Shown here piece by piece: positions 1 through 8,706 of a DNA stretch of 64,000 nucleotides; positions within the stretch are counted from its first letter, which is position 1, and each line of letters begins with the position of its first letter. The position numbers were made by a program, and so were the translations under genes. A model generated the notes under the pieces. The model made no database searches and had not been told where the DNA came from. It was given only the letters and a program-made list of their open reading frames with translations. Where the stretch lies: contig OZ244999.1 in the NCBI GenBank assembly GCA_965223265.1, positions 7,488,001 through 7,552,000 of the forward strand, in the 5' to 3' direction. Origin of the DNA: Planctomycetota bacterium. GTDB lineage: Bacteria; Planctomycetota; UBA8108; SXIK01.

Positions 1-696
1 GCGCGCCTTCGGGTTGAGACGAAATCGATAGACTGTCTTGTCGTCGGAGATCCACCAATGCGTGGCAAGCCCCGGAATGAACTCGAGCGTCGTCGGGTGC
101 AGGCCGAGAAGACCCTCGAAGCAAAGCTCAGCGACAAAAGTGTTGAGGTAGGTGTTCGAATCCTTGCCGATCGTACGCAGCGTCGCAGGCCAGTCGGGAA
201 TTGCGCGCACCAGCCTGCCACCCTTTGGCGCGCCGGCGACACCAAGGGCGAGAAACCGCGACCGCGTCTCCCAGCCGTCGCCGGTGAAACCGGGGCCGCC
301 ATCCTCCGCCGACACGTTCCGGTCGCCGGCCTGCGGATCCCACTTGTATTCGACCATTGGGATGTCGGTGTCGTAACGGGCGAGAGGCGCGGCGGTCTCG
401 GCGGCGGTTGCAGCGGCGTCGTTCGCGGCTGTCGCCGTGTCGGACGGTGTGTCCTTCGTCGCTGTCGCTTCGACAGTAGCCTGGCCGGCAGGTACACCAC
501 CGTCGGCGCCGGAGTCGCCCGGCGCCTTGCCACCCGGTGTACAGCTTGTGACCGTCGCACACCAGCCTGCGCAAAGGACGAAAAGCAGCGTGGTGCGAAG
601 TGAAGCGCCACGCTCGCCGCTGCGGCCGCGAGCCGCGTCATTGCGCCCCCCGCCGGCGTTGGTTTTCGCCCCATGACTCGTCGCTGTGCTCAACAT
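1..696 (-). CDS. ABC transporter substrate-binding protein, family 5 (YejA/OppA-like), 5' part; runs off the window edge
   Basis: Not in the ORF track because it is open at the edge. Manual translation from ATG 696 (GAGGAG RBS upstream) gives MLSTATSHG...LLFVLCAGWCATVTSC (possible lipoprotein signal)...GAPKGGRLVRAIPDWPATLR...EFIPGLATHWWISDDKTVYRFRLNPKAR, typical SBP_bac_5 motifs. Confidence 0.8.
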   Translation of the reverse strand, partial: MLSTATSHGAKTNAGGGRNDAARGRSGERGASLRTTLLFVLCAGWCATVTSCTPGGKAPGDSGADGGVPAGQATVEATATKDTPSDTATAANDAAATAAETAAPLARYDTDIPMVEYKWDPQAGDRNVSAEDGGPGFTGDGWETRSRFLALGVAGAPKGGRLVRAIPDWPATLRTIGKDSNTYLNTFVAELCFEGLLGLHPTTLEFIPGLATHWWISDDKTVYRFRLNPKAR

Positions 697-975
697 ACCG
701 GACTCCTCTTTCGACTCTCAGTGGTGGTGTGCTCGACGGCTCGCAGGGGCGGCGCGGAAGCGGTGCCATGACTCGTTCGGATTGTAGATTTCAGCCGACC
801 GCTCGACAACAGCGATCCGCGGCGAGCACGCCGCGGCAGCAAAAACGCTTGCGCGCCCTTCAGTCTCGGCGCCTGATGGTAACGGTATAGCTCGCGAAAG
901 AAAGAGAAGTCTGGACGCAAAAAGACCGACTCAAAGAACAGACACAAAGACTCGTCAAGAACGGCAACAGCACCC

Positions 976-2265
976 ATGGGACAAATCATTCAAGTGAGGC
1001 TGACGCCGGCATTCGTCCTGCTGGCTCTCTACCTATCTCTATCTACGACCACGCTTGCTGGCGGCGACTCGTGGCCGGAGTATCGCGGCCCGCACGCCAA
1101 CGGTCACAGCGACGCACACGACCTGCCGCTGACGTGGAGCGCTGAAGAGAACGTCCGCTGGCAGACGAAGGTCTTCGGCCAAGGCTGGTCGTCGCCCGTG
1201 GTGTGGAAGGATCAGATCTGGATGACGACGGCGACCGATGACGGCAAGGAGCTCTACGCGGTCTGCGTCGATCGCACCAGCGGCTCAATCGTCCACCAGC
1301 CGAAGGTCTTCGACGTCGAAGAGCCCGAGAAGATCCACACGCTCAACACCTACGCCTCACCCTCGCCGGTCATCGAGGAGGGACGTGTCTACGTTCACTT
1401 CGGTACCTACGGCACCGCAGCGCTCAATACCCAGAGCGCAGAGATTATCTGGACTCGGCGCGACCTGCGTCTCACGCACCGCACCGGGCCGGGCTCATCG
1501 CCGATCGTTCACGGCGAACTTCTCGTCTTTCACTGCGACGGCGCCGACGTGCGCTACGTCATCGCGCTCGACAAACAAAGCGGAGACACCGTCTGGAAGA
1601 CGCCGCGCTCGAACGACGTCTCGCACCGGCCACCGCCGCATCACAAGGCGTTTTCGACACCCATCGTCGCCACGGTGGACGGTGAGGCGCAGCTCATCAG
1701 CACTGGCGCGCACGCCGTCATGGGCTACGACCCACGCGACGGGCGCGAAATCTGGCGCGTTCGCTACGACGGCTTCTCCAATGTCTCACGACCGCTGCAG
1801 GGTCACGGTCTCTTCTTCATCAACACTGGCTACGAACAAGCGCAGCTCCTGGCGATCAAGGAGGGTGGCCGCGGTGACATCACCGAGTCGCACATCGCCT
1901 GGCGGCGCAAGCAAGGCATACCCAAAAAACCCTCGCCTCTTTTGATCGACAATCTCATCTACCTCGTCACCGACAACGGCATTGCGACGTGCATCGAAGC
2001 GAAGACGGGAGATCTCGTCTGGCGCGAAAGGCTCCCGGGCGAGTACTCGGCGTCGCCGATCTACGCCGACGGCCGCATCTATTACTTCAACCAAGACGGC
2101 GACACGATCGTCGTGCAGCCCGGACGCACCTACAAGCACTTGGCGACGAACCATCTCGCCCCCGGCTTCATGGCGTCGCCCGCCGTCGCCGGCGGCGCGT
2201 TCTACCTGCGGACGAAAACGCATCTGGTGCGTGTCGAGGAGCTGGCGGCCGCCGCGGGGGACTGA
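976..2265 (+). CDS. PQQ-binding-like beta-propeller repeat protein (planctomycete-expanded BamB-like family), secreted
   Basis: Signal peptide, WPEYRGP start motif, repeated SSP/ASP...W motifs, C-terminal ASPAVAGGAFYLRT. Confidence 0.85.
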   Translation: MGQIIQVRLTPAFVLLALYLSLSTTTLAGGDSWPEYRGPHANGHSDAHDLPLTWSAEENVRWQTKVFGQGWSSPVVWKDQIWMTTATDDGKELYAVCVDRTSGSIVHQPKVFDVEEPEKIHTLNTYASPSPVIEEGRVYVHFGTYGTAALNTQSAEIIWTRRDLRLTHRTGPGSSPIVHGELLVFHCDGADVRYVIALDKQSGDTVWKTPRSNDVSHRPPPHHKAFSTPIVATVDGEAQLISTGAHAVMGYDPRDGREIWRVRYDGFSNVSRPLQGHGLFFINTGYEQAQLLAIKEGGRGDITESHIAWRRKQGIPKKPSPLLIDNLIYLVTDNGIATCIEAKTGDLVWRERLPGEYSASPIYADGRIYYFNQDGDTIVVQPGRTYKHLATNHLAPGFMASPAVAGGAFYLRTKTHLVRVEELAAAAGD

Positions 2266-2284
2266 GGGCTGTAAGACGGGCGAT

Positions 2285-2340
2285 CGGGCGTCGGGCGCGG
2301 GCTCTGTTTGCGTTTGCGTGGGCGTGTCTCCGTGCCTCTC
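2285..2340. repeat. Degenerate hexamer-type low-complexity tract (CGGGCG/TTTGCG/TGGGCG) upstream of the TA module
   Basis: cgggcgtcgggcgcgggctctgtttgcgtttgcgtgggcgtgtctccgtg; shares CGTTTGCGTGGG with 26384-26395. Confidence 0.45.
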
Positions 2341-2403
2341 AACCCGCCGCGCCACGAAACGCTCGCCTCTTCAATCACTCGGCTGACGATATGACATCAT
2401 CGC

Positions 2404-2435
2404 TTGACTCCATTGAATGCATATTGTAGTATTCA
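2404..2435 (+). promoter_or_regulatory. Sigma70-type promoter of the TA operon, overlapped by an imperfect inverted repeat (probable autoregulatory operator)
   Basis: TTGACT (2404-2409), 17 bp spacer, TAGTAT (2427-2432); IR TGAATGC-N8-GTATTCA; ATG 8 nt after the -10 box with no SD. Confidence 0.6.
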
Positions 2436-2440
2436 GCGCG

Positions 2441-2692
2441 ATGAAAAACCTTACAGTACGGAACGTCGACCCCGACCTTGCCGAGGCGCTGGACCGGGAG
2501 CGACGCAGGGCCGATAAATCATTAAACCAGACGATCTTAGATCTTCTGAGAAGAGCTCTCGGGACGACGAAGACGGAGGCCTATTCGAACGGCCTCCGCG
2601 AGCTCGCCGGCGGCTGGAGCGACGCTGAGCACGAGGCTTTCGAGCGTGCCTGCCAAGACTTTGAGAAGGTCGACGAGGACCTTTGGCGGTGA
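2441..2692 (+). CDS. vapB: Type II antitoxin, FitA/VapB-like ribbon-helix-helix protein
   Basis: MKNLTVRNVDPDLAEALDRERRRADKSLNQTILDLL is an RHH signature; acidic C-terminus; GTGA overlap with the downstream PIN gene. Confidence 0.75.
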   Translation: MKNLTVRNVDPDLAEALDRERRRADKSLNQTILDLLRRALGTTKTEAYSNGLRELAGGWSDAEHEAFERACQDFEKVDEDLWR

Positions 2693-3087
2693 GCAGGATC
2701 TGCCTGGACACCTCGGCGTACAGTCATTTCCGCCGCGGTCACTCGCCGGTCGTCGCTCTGATCGATTCTGCGCGCGAGGTCTTCGTACCCGTCGTGGTGC
2801 TGGGCGAGCTAAGGGCAGGATTTCGGCTTGGCGAACTGGCGGACGAAAACGAGACCCACCTCGGACTCTTTCTCGCGCATCCGGTGGTGTCCGTCGTCGA
2901 AGTGGACGACGAAACCGCCTCTCACTACGCGGATCTGTGGGTTGAGTTGCGTCGCGCCGGGACACCACTCCCCACCAACGACGTCTGGGTCGGCGCTCTG
3001 GCGCTGCGGTCCGGCTCGATGGTCGTCACCTACGACGAGCACTTTCGGCGCATGGGTCGCGTCGGTTCGAACGTCCTACACGCGTAG
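2689..3087 (+). CDS. vapC: Type II toxin, VapC PIN-domain ribonuclease
   Basis: ICLDTSAY, VLGEL, PTNDVWVGALA and VTYDEHF carry the conserved PIN acidic residues. Confidence 0.9.
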   Translation: MSRICLDTSAYSHFRRGHSPVVALIDSAREVFVPVVVLGELRAGFRLGELADENETHLGLFLAHPVVSVVEVDDETASHYADLWVELRRAGTPLPTNDVWVGALALRSGSMVVTYDEHFRRMGRVGSNVLHA

Positions 3088-3090
3088 ACT

Positions 3091-3111
3091 TTGACCGCTC
3101 CTGTCGGTCAA
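3091..3111. terminator. Short hairpin between convergent genes, possible terminator
   Basis: TTGACCG-ctcctgt-CGGTCAA immediately after the vapC stop; no clear U-tract. Confidence 0.3.
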
Positions 3112-3186
3112 TGCCGGACATGCCAGGCGTGAGGATGCGGGCGTGACAAACCAGGGGGATAGCGAAGGCAACCTAGCCCGCACCCC

Positions 3187-6100
3187 TCACTCACTCCAAA
3201 AAGAGTACAACCGCGCGTTCTTCATCGAAAACGTAAGACGCGTCACGCGGCCGACTGGCGCTCGATCATTCTTCCATGGAATGCGCACGTTCACGCCTCC
3301 CGAGCGGATCGGCAGCGACGATTGGCCGTCTGTACTCATCACCTGCAACCAACCGCCAGGGTCCACCTCGGCGTTGATGTGGAGCTCTTTGCCGTCGAGC
3401 ACGATCGGGCGTGTACGCAGCGTGCCAGGCTCGCTGCCGGCCTCGACCGACACAAAACCGTCAACGCGTAGCGTGCCAAGGCCGATTGCGCCGGTGTTCG
3501 GCACCTCGTTGTGCAGCGTGCTGCGGCCGCTGTAGTAAAACCACAGCTCGTCGCCGACGCGCAGCGGCGGATTCTTCGCCATGGCGTTGTTGCCGAAGTC
3601 CCAGTCGCCGCGCTTTGGCGAGGTCGGGATGAAGGGTTCGCGGAGCGGCCGCTGCCAGGACTTGGCGTTACGACTCGCGGCGAGCTGGATGTCGATCTTG
3701 TCCGTCTCGGTGTCGTACATGCGCAAGAACCCGAGGTAGACGCTCTCGTAGCGGCAGATCGACAGTGCATACATCTCATCGCCCGGTGTGTCGCGCTCAT
3801 CGACGGTGGCCATGAGATACGTGTCGGTCCAGTTGTCAAAGTCTCTGCTTTCGGCGTAACCGCGAGCACGCTTGCCATGGCGAAAGATCTTCACCGAGGC
3901 AATCCACTTCTCCCCGAGCGGATCCCAATGCACGCTCGTCGAATCGTAGCATTGTTCAAGCAGGATGCCGCCGTCACGCCAGTGGAGGCCATCTGCCGAG
4001 AAGATCGCACGCGTGCCTGAAGCACGGATCGCGCCTTTGTAACGACGGGAAGGATCCGGGTCACGTGGGTCGTAGATGATGGTGATCTGGCTGCGTACGG
4101 GGAACAGAATGTTCGTAGCCGCGCGCCCCGCGAAAGGGTGAATGTCGAGCTTCGGCTTGACCCACTGCAAACCGTCATCGGATTCGGCGTAGCATAGAAA
4201 CGACGGCTGGCCGACGTGCTTGCCCCAAGCGAGGTACCACATGCGAAACTTCCTCATCTCAGGATCGAAGACGACGCTGCCGTAGAGGAGGACGCTGGTT
4301 CCTTCCCATGGTTCGGTCGGAGTGATGAGCGGGTTGGCCGCATGTTTGTTCACCGCGTGGAGTCGGCGCTCGACATCTTCAAGCTCCGCGATCACCCCGT
4401 CGTCGACAAAGAGCTGACGCTCGCGGCCGACACGGATCGGTTCGCTCACGGGTGCAACCTCGCGACTCACATCACGCAGTGGGGGCTCCGGCGGCGCCGG
4501 CAGCGCGTTGGCGCCAAGCGGCGCCCCGATGCGAAAGTCATCCCAATACCCCGAACCCCGCGCACGCGATGTCTCGGTGTCGCCGACCTCCACCTTGGCG
4601 AGCTCACGACCCGGACCGAGATCGCGATACGTGCCGATGAACTCCTCAGCACCCGGCGGGCCCAGCCACAGATCGACTTCGCGCGCGGCACGGCGTCGAT
4701 GTTGCAGAACGCGAAGCCAACGGTCTTGCTGAAGCGCGCTCGCGACAGCGCGAACGCGTCGCGGACCGTCTTCGCCTCCTTCGAGGGTGTCGAGTCGGTA
4801 GGTGCCGCTTGACGCCGTCCCCACGGCCACGAGCATGAGCCCGACGTTTTCGCCGCTCGCTGACCTTCCCCTCCACACCGTCAGGTCCTCCAGGTCGACT
4901 GCACGAGTCCGCGCCGGGCGAAAGACGACCTCACCGACCTCGTCGCCGTCGCCTGCGACCGAGGCCGCGTCGAAACGTCGCTGCAGACGCACGCGGGCGA
5001 TTTGATCAGGCCGAGTGGTCTGAACGTGAGCGCAGCGCGAGCCGCGGTAGGCGAAGCCCCGGGTGATCGTAGCGGTGCCCTCGTCGCGGCCACTGAATGG
5101 GTCACCTAGCCAGCGCACGCCCGCGTTCACCGCCTGCACGACGCCGTCTGTATAGTTCTCAAGATCAGCGTTGAGCACACGCCCGTCGGCACGCGGTGGC
5201 ACACGTTTCAAGCCGCGGCGATCGATCTCATAGAACCACGCGTAGCGGCGGTCGTTGATCAGGACTTCCGCGTCGCCGTCGCCGTCGAAGTCGCCCGTGC
5301 GAGCGTAGAAGCCGTAGCCGTAGTCGTCCGGCCTTCCGGGCACCTCGCCCCAGTCTTGCGCGACGTTCGGCGTGTAGGGGAACTCAAGAGCTCGCTCGCC
5401 GCGACCATCGATGACGTAAGGCCAGCCAGCGTCGGTAAAGACGAGAAGATCTTCCCCGTCCGGCCCGGCCTCCGGTAGCAACGTCGTTGGATCGAAGACG
5501 TGGAATTTCTGTCGCCGACAGGGAGCAGCTTCGCCGAGCGGAAAATTCTTCGGCGGCATCACCTGCCAGATCTCCTCGCCTGCGGCATCGTAGAGCCGCA
5601 GCTCGGCGCGCTTGTTGTGGATGAAGACCTGACTCCCGCGGCGGGCCGGATCGAAGCGACCGATCTGACAGTGCTGCGGATGTGTGGATCGGCGCTTCCA
5701 GATGAGACTGCCGTCCCGTGCGTCGAGCAGGTAAGCAGTGTCACTCGCCGCCAGGCCGACGCACGAGCGTCCGCCGATCAGGCCGAAGGCGATGTGATCG
5801 ACATGCATCTGCGCGGCGCTCCATTCGGTCGCCGCGACTGGCTGAAACGACCAGACCCTGCTCAGGTCGCTCTCGACCAAACTGTAGCCGATCAGGAACT
5901 CATCGAGCCCGTCGTCGTCGACGTCGATCACCTTGGGGGCGTGCCCGGCGCCGAGGTAGTCAACGGTTTTGAGCAGTTCCAGGTCGTTTGAGTAGAACCA
6001 CGCCGGATTGGCGTATTCGTGCGGCGGGTAGGCGCCCTCGGCGTTCTTGGCGATGATGGTCCAGCCAGAAGGACGCGGGTCGGTGCGACCGACCTGGACG

Positions 6101-6618
6101 ATCTGCACGTTGTCTGCGAGTGTTCTCCTAGAGTTCTCGAGCTCTCCCGTCTGCGCATCCAGCACCAAGAGTTCACTGCGGCGCACGCAGACGACCTCCA
6201 TGCGGCCATCGCCATCGATATCGGCGACATCGAGCGCCCGTTCGGCGCTGTGCGTTACGAAGGGGCGCGAGCCGCGCCAAGGCTCCCCGAGCTGCCAGAG
6301 GATCTTCCCTTTGGCGTCAGTCGCTGTGAGCGCGAAGTGATTTCGCTCCGTTTCACTCCACTTGCCTTTCCACGGCGCGACGTCGAAGACCAGCGAGTGG
6401 AAGAGCCCGGGAGACTGGAGCCAGAGAATGTCGGTCCGGCCGTCCGCGTCGAGGTCAGCGCAGAACGGGATGCCACCGAAAGCGCCGAGACTAATCTCGG
6501 CGGTGAGGCGAAAAGAGATCGGTGCTGCGTCGTCGCCGGCGGCAGCGACATCCGCGTCGACGTTAGCAGGCAAGATGGCCAGAATCGCGAGGCCGAAAAG
6601 AACCCGAAGCATGGTCAT
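3187..6618 (-). CDS. Secreted multidomain protein: FG-GAP/PL11-like Ca-binding beta-propeller + central beta-sandwich + C-terminal five-bladed GH32/GH43-like propeller
   Basis: Signal peptide MTMLRVLFGLAILAILPANVDA; DxDxDG loops (DLDADGR, DIDGDGR, DVDDDGLDE, DFDGDGDAE); C-terminal RQLFVDD...KHAANP...YGSVVFDP..FRMWY...YAESDDGLQWVKP...IGLGTLRVDGFVS. Confidence 0.7.
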   Translation of the reverse strand: MTMLRVLFGLAILAILPANVDADVAAAGDDAAPISFRLTAEISLGAFGGIPFCADLDADGRTDILWLQSPGLFHSLVFDVAPWKGKWSETERNHFALTATDAKGKILWQLGEPWRGSRPFVTHSAERALDVADIDGDGRMEVVCVRRSELLVLDAQTGELENSRRTLADNVQIVQVGRTDPRPSGWTIIAKNAEGAYPPHEYANPAWFYSNDLELLKTVDYLGAGHAPKVIDVDDDGLDEFLIGYSLVESDLSRVWSFQPVAATEWSAAQMHVDHIAFGLIGGRSCVGLAASDTAYLLDARDGSLIWKRRSTHPQHCQIGRFDPARRGSQVFIHNKRAELRLYDAAGEEIWQVMPPKNFPLGEAAPCRRQKFHVFDPTTLLPEAGPDGEDLLVFTDAGWPYVIDGRGERALEFPYTPNVAQDWGEVPGRPDDYGYGFYARTGDFDGDGDAEVLINDRRYAWFYEIDRRGLKRVPPRADGRVLNADLENYTDGVVQAVNAGVRWLGDPFSGRDEGTATITRGFAYRGSRCAHVQTTRPDQIARVRLQRRFDAASVAGDGDEVGEVVFRPARTRAVDLEDLTVWRGRSASGENVGLMLVAVGTASSGTYRLDTLEGGEDGPRRVRAVASALQQDRWLRVLQHRRRAAREVDLWLGPPGAEEFIGTYRDLGPGRELAKVEVGDTETSRARGSGYWDDFRIGAPLGANALPAPPEPPLRDVSREVAPVSEPIRVGRERQLFVDDGVIAELEDVERRLHAVNKHAANPLITPTEPWEGTSVLLYGSVVFDPEMRKFRMWYLAWGKHVGQPSFLCYAESDDGLQWVKPKLDIHPFAGRAATNILFPVRSQITIIYDPRDPDPSRRYKGAIRASGTRAIFSADGLHWRDGGILLEQCYDSTSVHWDPLGEKWIASVKIFRHGKRARGYAESRDFDNWTDTYLMATVDERDTPGDEMYALSICRYESVYLGFLRMYDTETDKIDIQLAASRNAKSWQRPLREPFIPTSPKRGDWDFGNNAMAKNPPLRVGDELWFYYSGRSTLHNEVPNTGAIGLGTLRVDGFVSVEAGSEPGTLRTRPIVLDGKELHINAEVDPGGWLQVMSTDGQSSLPIRSGGVNVRIPWKNDRAPVGRVTRLTFSMKNARLYSFWSE

Positions 6619-6840
6619 GGTACACCGTTGGGCACGTGTGACGGTCCATTCTCGGGTAGAGCCGCAAGGTTTTCCACGCTGATCAGGGCGAACGCAGAAT
6701 GCTGCGTTCAGTGCGTGCAAAGACGCAGCACGGAAAGCGCGGCAGCCCGGACGACGAAGGTTTTTCGCGATCACTTTTTGCAAGCGCTCAGTCTCTATGG
6801 AGAATCGACATTCTCAGGCGCACAACACGAGGAGAATGAC

Positions 6841-8292
6841 ATGCAGGTTCGAACAGTTTTTCGCATCGCCACGACGTCCGTTCTCGCCGGCGTCGTTCTC
6901 ACTTCGCTTGTCGTCGCTGAGCCAGCCACCTCGTGGCCGCAGTTTCGCGGCCGCAACAGCTCCGGGCTAGCTGGTCCCAACGAAAAGCTGCCAACCGAGA
7001 TTGCGCCCGACAGGAACGTCGTGTGGAAGGTGAAACTACCGCCTGGCCACTCTTCTCCGATTCTCTTCGCGGAGCGCATCTACGTTACGGCTGAGCGTGA
7101 TGGCAAGCTGCTCACCATCGCGCTAAGGCGCCGCGACGGCAAGGTGGACTGGGAGAAGGAAGCGCCTCATCGAGAGCTCGAAGAGATTCACGAGATTGGT
7201 AGCCACGCGCAGTCGACGCCGGTCACCGACGGCCAACGCGTCGTCAGCTTCTTCGGTTCCTTCGGCCTCCTCTGCTACGGCCGCGACGGCGAGCTCCTCT
7301 GGCAGCGTGAGCTTGGCCCCTTCAACAACACGTTCGGCGCCGGCAGCTCGCCGATCTTGGTCGACGACTGGGTGATCCTTAGTCAAGACCACGACACCGA
7401 CTCGTTCCTCATGGCGCTCGACAAGCGCACAGGGGACACGGTGTGGAAGACGGACCGCAAGGAGTTTCCGCGTAACTACTGCACCCCGTTTCTATGGGAA
7501 GCTGCGGGCAAGCGACAGATCGTCGTCGCCGCGACTCTCCGCGCCGTCGGCTACGACCTCGCCACGGGCCGTGAGACGTGGACAGTGCACGGACTTTCGC
7601 GCGCCGTCTGCATGACCCCGGTCGTCGCACCCGATGGAACGCTCTTCGTGGCCGGCTGGGCCGGCGGCGGAGACATCGGCCAACCTCTGCACGTGCCGGA
7701 GTATGAGGCGGCGGCAAACGAGTTCGACCGCAACAAGAACGGCTCGTTCGAAGAGCCCGAGATGCCGAAAGAGCATCCCTTCAAGGTTCGTTTCGTGCAA
7801 GTTGACCGCGACAAAAGCGGCTCGATCACCCGCAAAGAATATGAGTACTACAAGGGACTCTTCGATACAGCGCGCAACTCCTTCCTCGCCATTCGGCCGG
7901 GCGGAGAGGGCGATGTCACGAACTCGCACGTCCTCTGGAAGTCACGAAAGTTCGTACCCTTTTGCGCGTCGCCGCTCTATATCAACGGCGTCCTCTTCAC
8001 CATCAAAGACAACGGCATCCTCACGTCGCGTGACGTCCAGACAGGAGATGCCGTCAAGACCGGACGGCTCAAAGCCTCGAAGGCCTACTACAGCTCGCCA
8101 GTAGGTGGCGACGGCAAAGTGTACATGGTCAACCAACGCGGCGAGGTGACGGTCGTCAGCGCCAAAGGTGAGTGGGAAGTGCTGGCGACAGCCGACCTCG
8201 GCGAAGAGGTCTACGCCACGCCGGCGATCGTCGCGGGACGGATCTATCTGCGGACTGCGGGGCATCTCTACTGCTTTGGCGTTGACGCTTAA
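6841..8292 (+). CDS. PQQ-binding-like beta-propeller protein with an inserted EF-hand pair
   Basis: GAGGAG RBS before ATG 6841; signal peptide, WPQFRG, GHSSP motifs; EF-hand loops DRNKNGSFEEPE and DRDKSGSITRKE. Confidence 0.85.
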   Translation: MQVRTVFRIATTSVLAGVVLTSLVVAEPATSWPQFRGRNSSGLAGPNEKLPTEIAPDRNVVWKVKLPPGHSSPILFAERIYVTAERDGKLLTIALRRRDGKVDWEKEAPHRELEEIHEIGSHAQSTPVTDGQRVVSFFGSFGLLCYGRDGELLWQRELGPFNNTFGAGSSPILVDDWVILSQDHDTDSFLMALDKRTGDTVWKTDRKEFPRNYCTPFLWEAAGKRQIVVAATLRAVGYDLATGRETWTVHGLSRAVCMTPVVAPDGTLFVAGWAGGGDIGQPLHVPEYEAAANEFDRNKNGSFEEPEMPKEHPFKVRFVQVDRDKSGSITRKEYEYYKGLFDTARNSFLAIRPGGEGDVTNSHVLWKSRKFVPFCASPLYINGVLFTIKDNGILTSRDVQTGDAVKTGRLKASKAYYSSPVGGDGKVYMVNQRGEVTVVSAKGEWEVLATADLGEEVYATPAIVAGRIYLRTAGHLYCFGVDA

Positions 8293-8451
8293 CAGCCTGT
8301 TGAAAAAGCGCTTCGAGCTGAAAACTGGTCGCTTCGCGTCCAGATCAGCCGCGGCGAACGCAGGTAATCTCCGAGATTCTCGAGGCTCGCCGCGGCTGAT
8401 CTGGGCGTGAAGAGGCCGGTTTCTCAGCCGAATGACTTTTTCAACGGGCTG
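8293..8451. mobile_element. MITE-like whole-length palindromic element, copy 1, flanked by TTAA
   Basis: TIR CAGCCTGTTGAAAAAG...CTTTTTCAACGGGCTG; TTAA at 8289-8292 and 8452-8455; arms pair over about 60 bp; near-identical copy at 62606-62777. Confidence 0.8.
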
Positions 8452-8706
8452 TTAACTTAACAGCCGGTGGAAAGCATCATTCAGCGGAGCAGCCAGACGC
8501 TCGCTCTTTGTTCGCCATTTCTCCTGAGCGGACAGCCTCGAACTTGGAGTGCCCTAACCTAGCAGCCGAGTCTCGCGGACGACCCATCGACTGCCGGAGA
8601 CACGAGCGAGGCCGCTGGTAGAGCGCAGGCGCGGGCGATAGAATCGTTGCCGGAAGGATGGAGGTTTGTGAGAAGCACCATTGCGTCTTCAGAGCGTTGA
8701 TTCGAA

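Noticed and set aside
6019-6840. N-terminal extension of the 757-aa ORF
   Set aside because: Overlaps the minus-strand gene; the RBS and signal peptide place the start at 6841.
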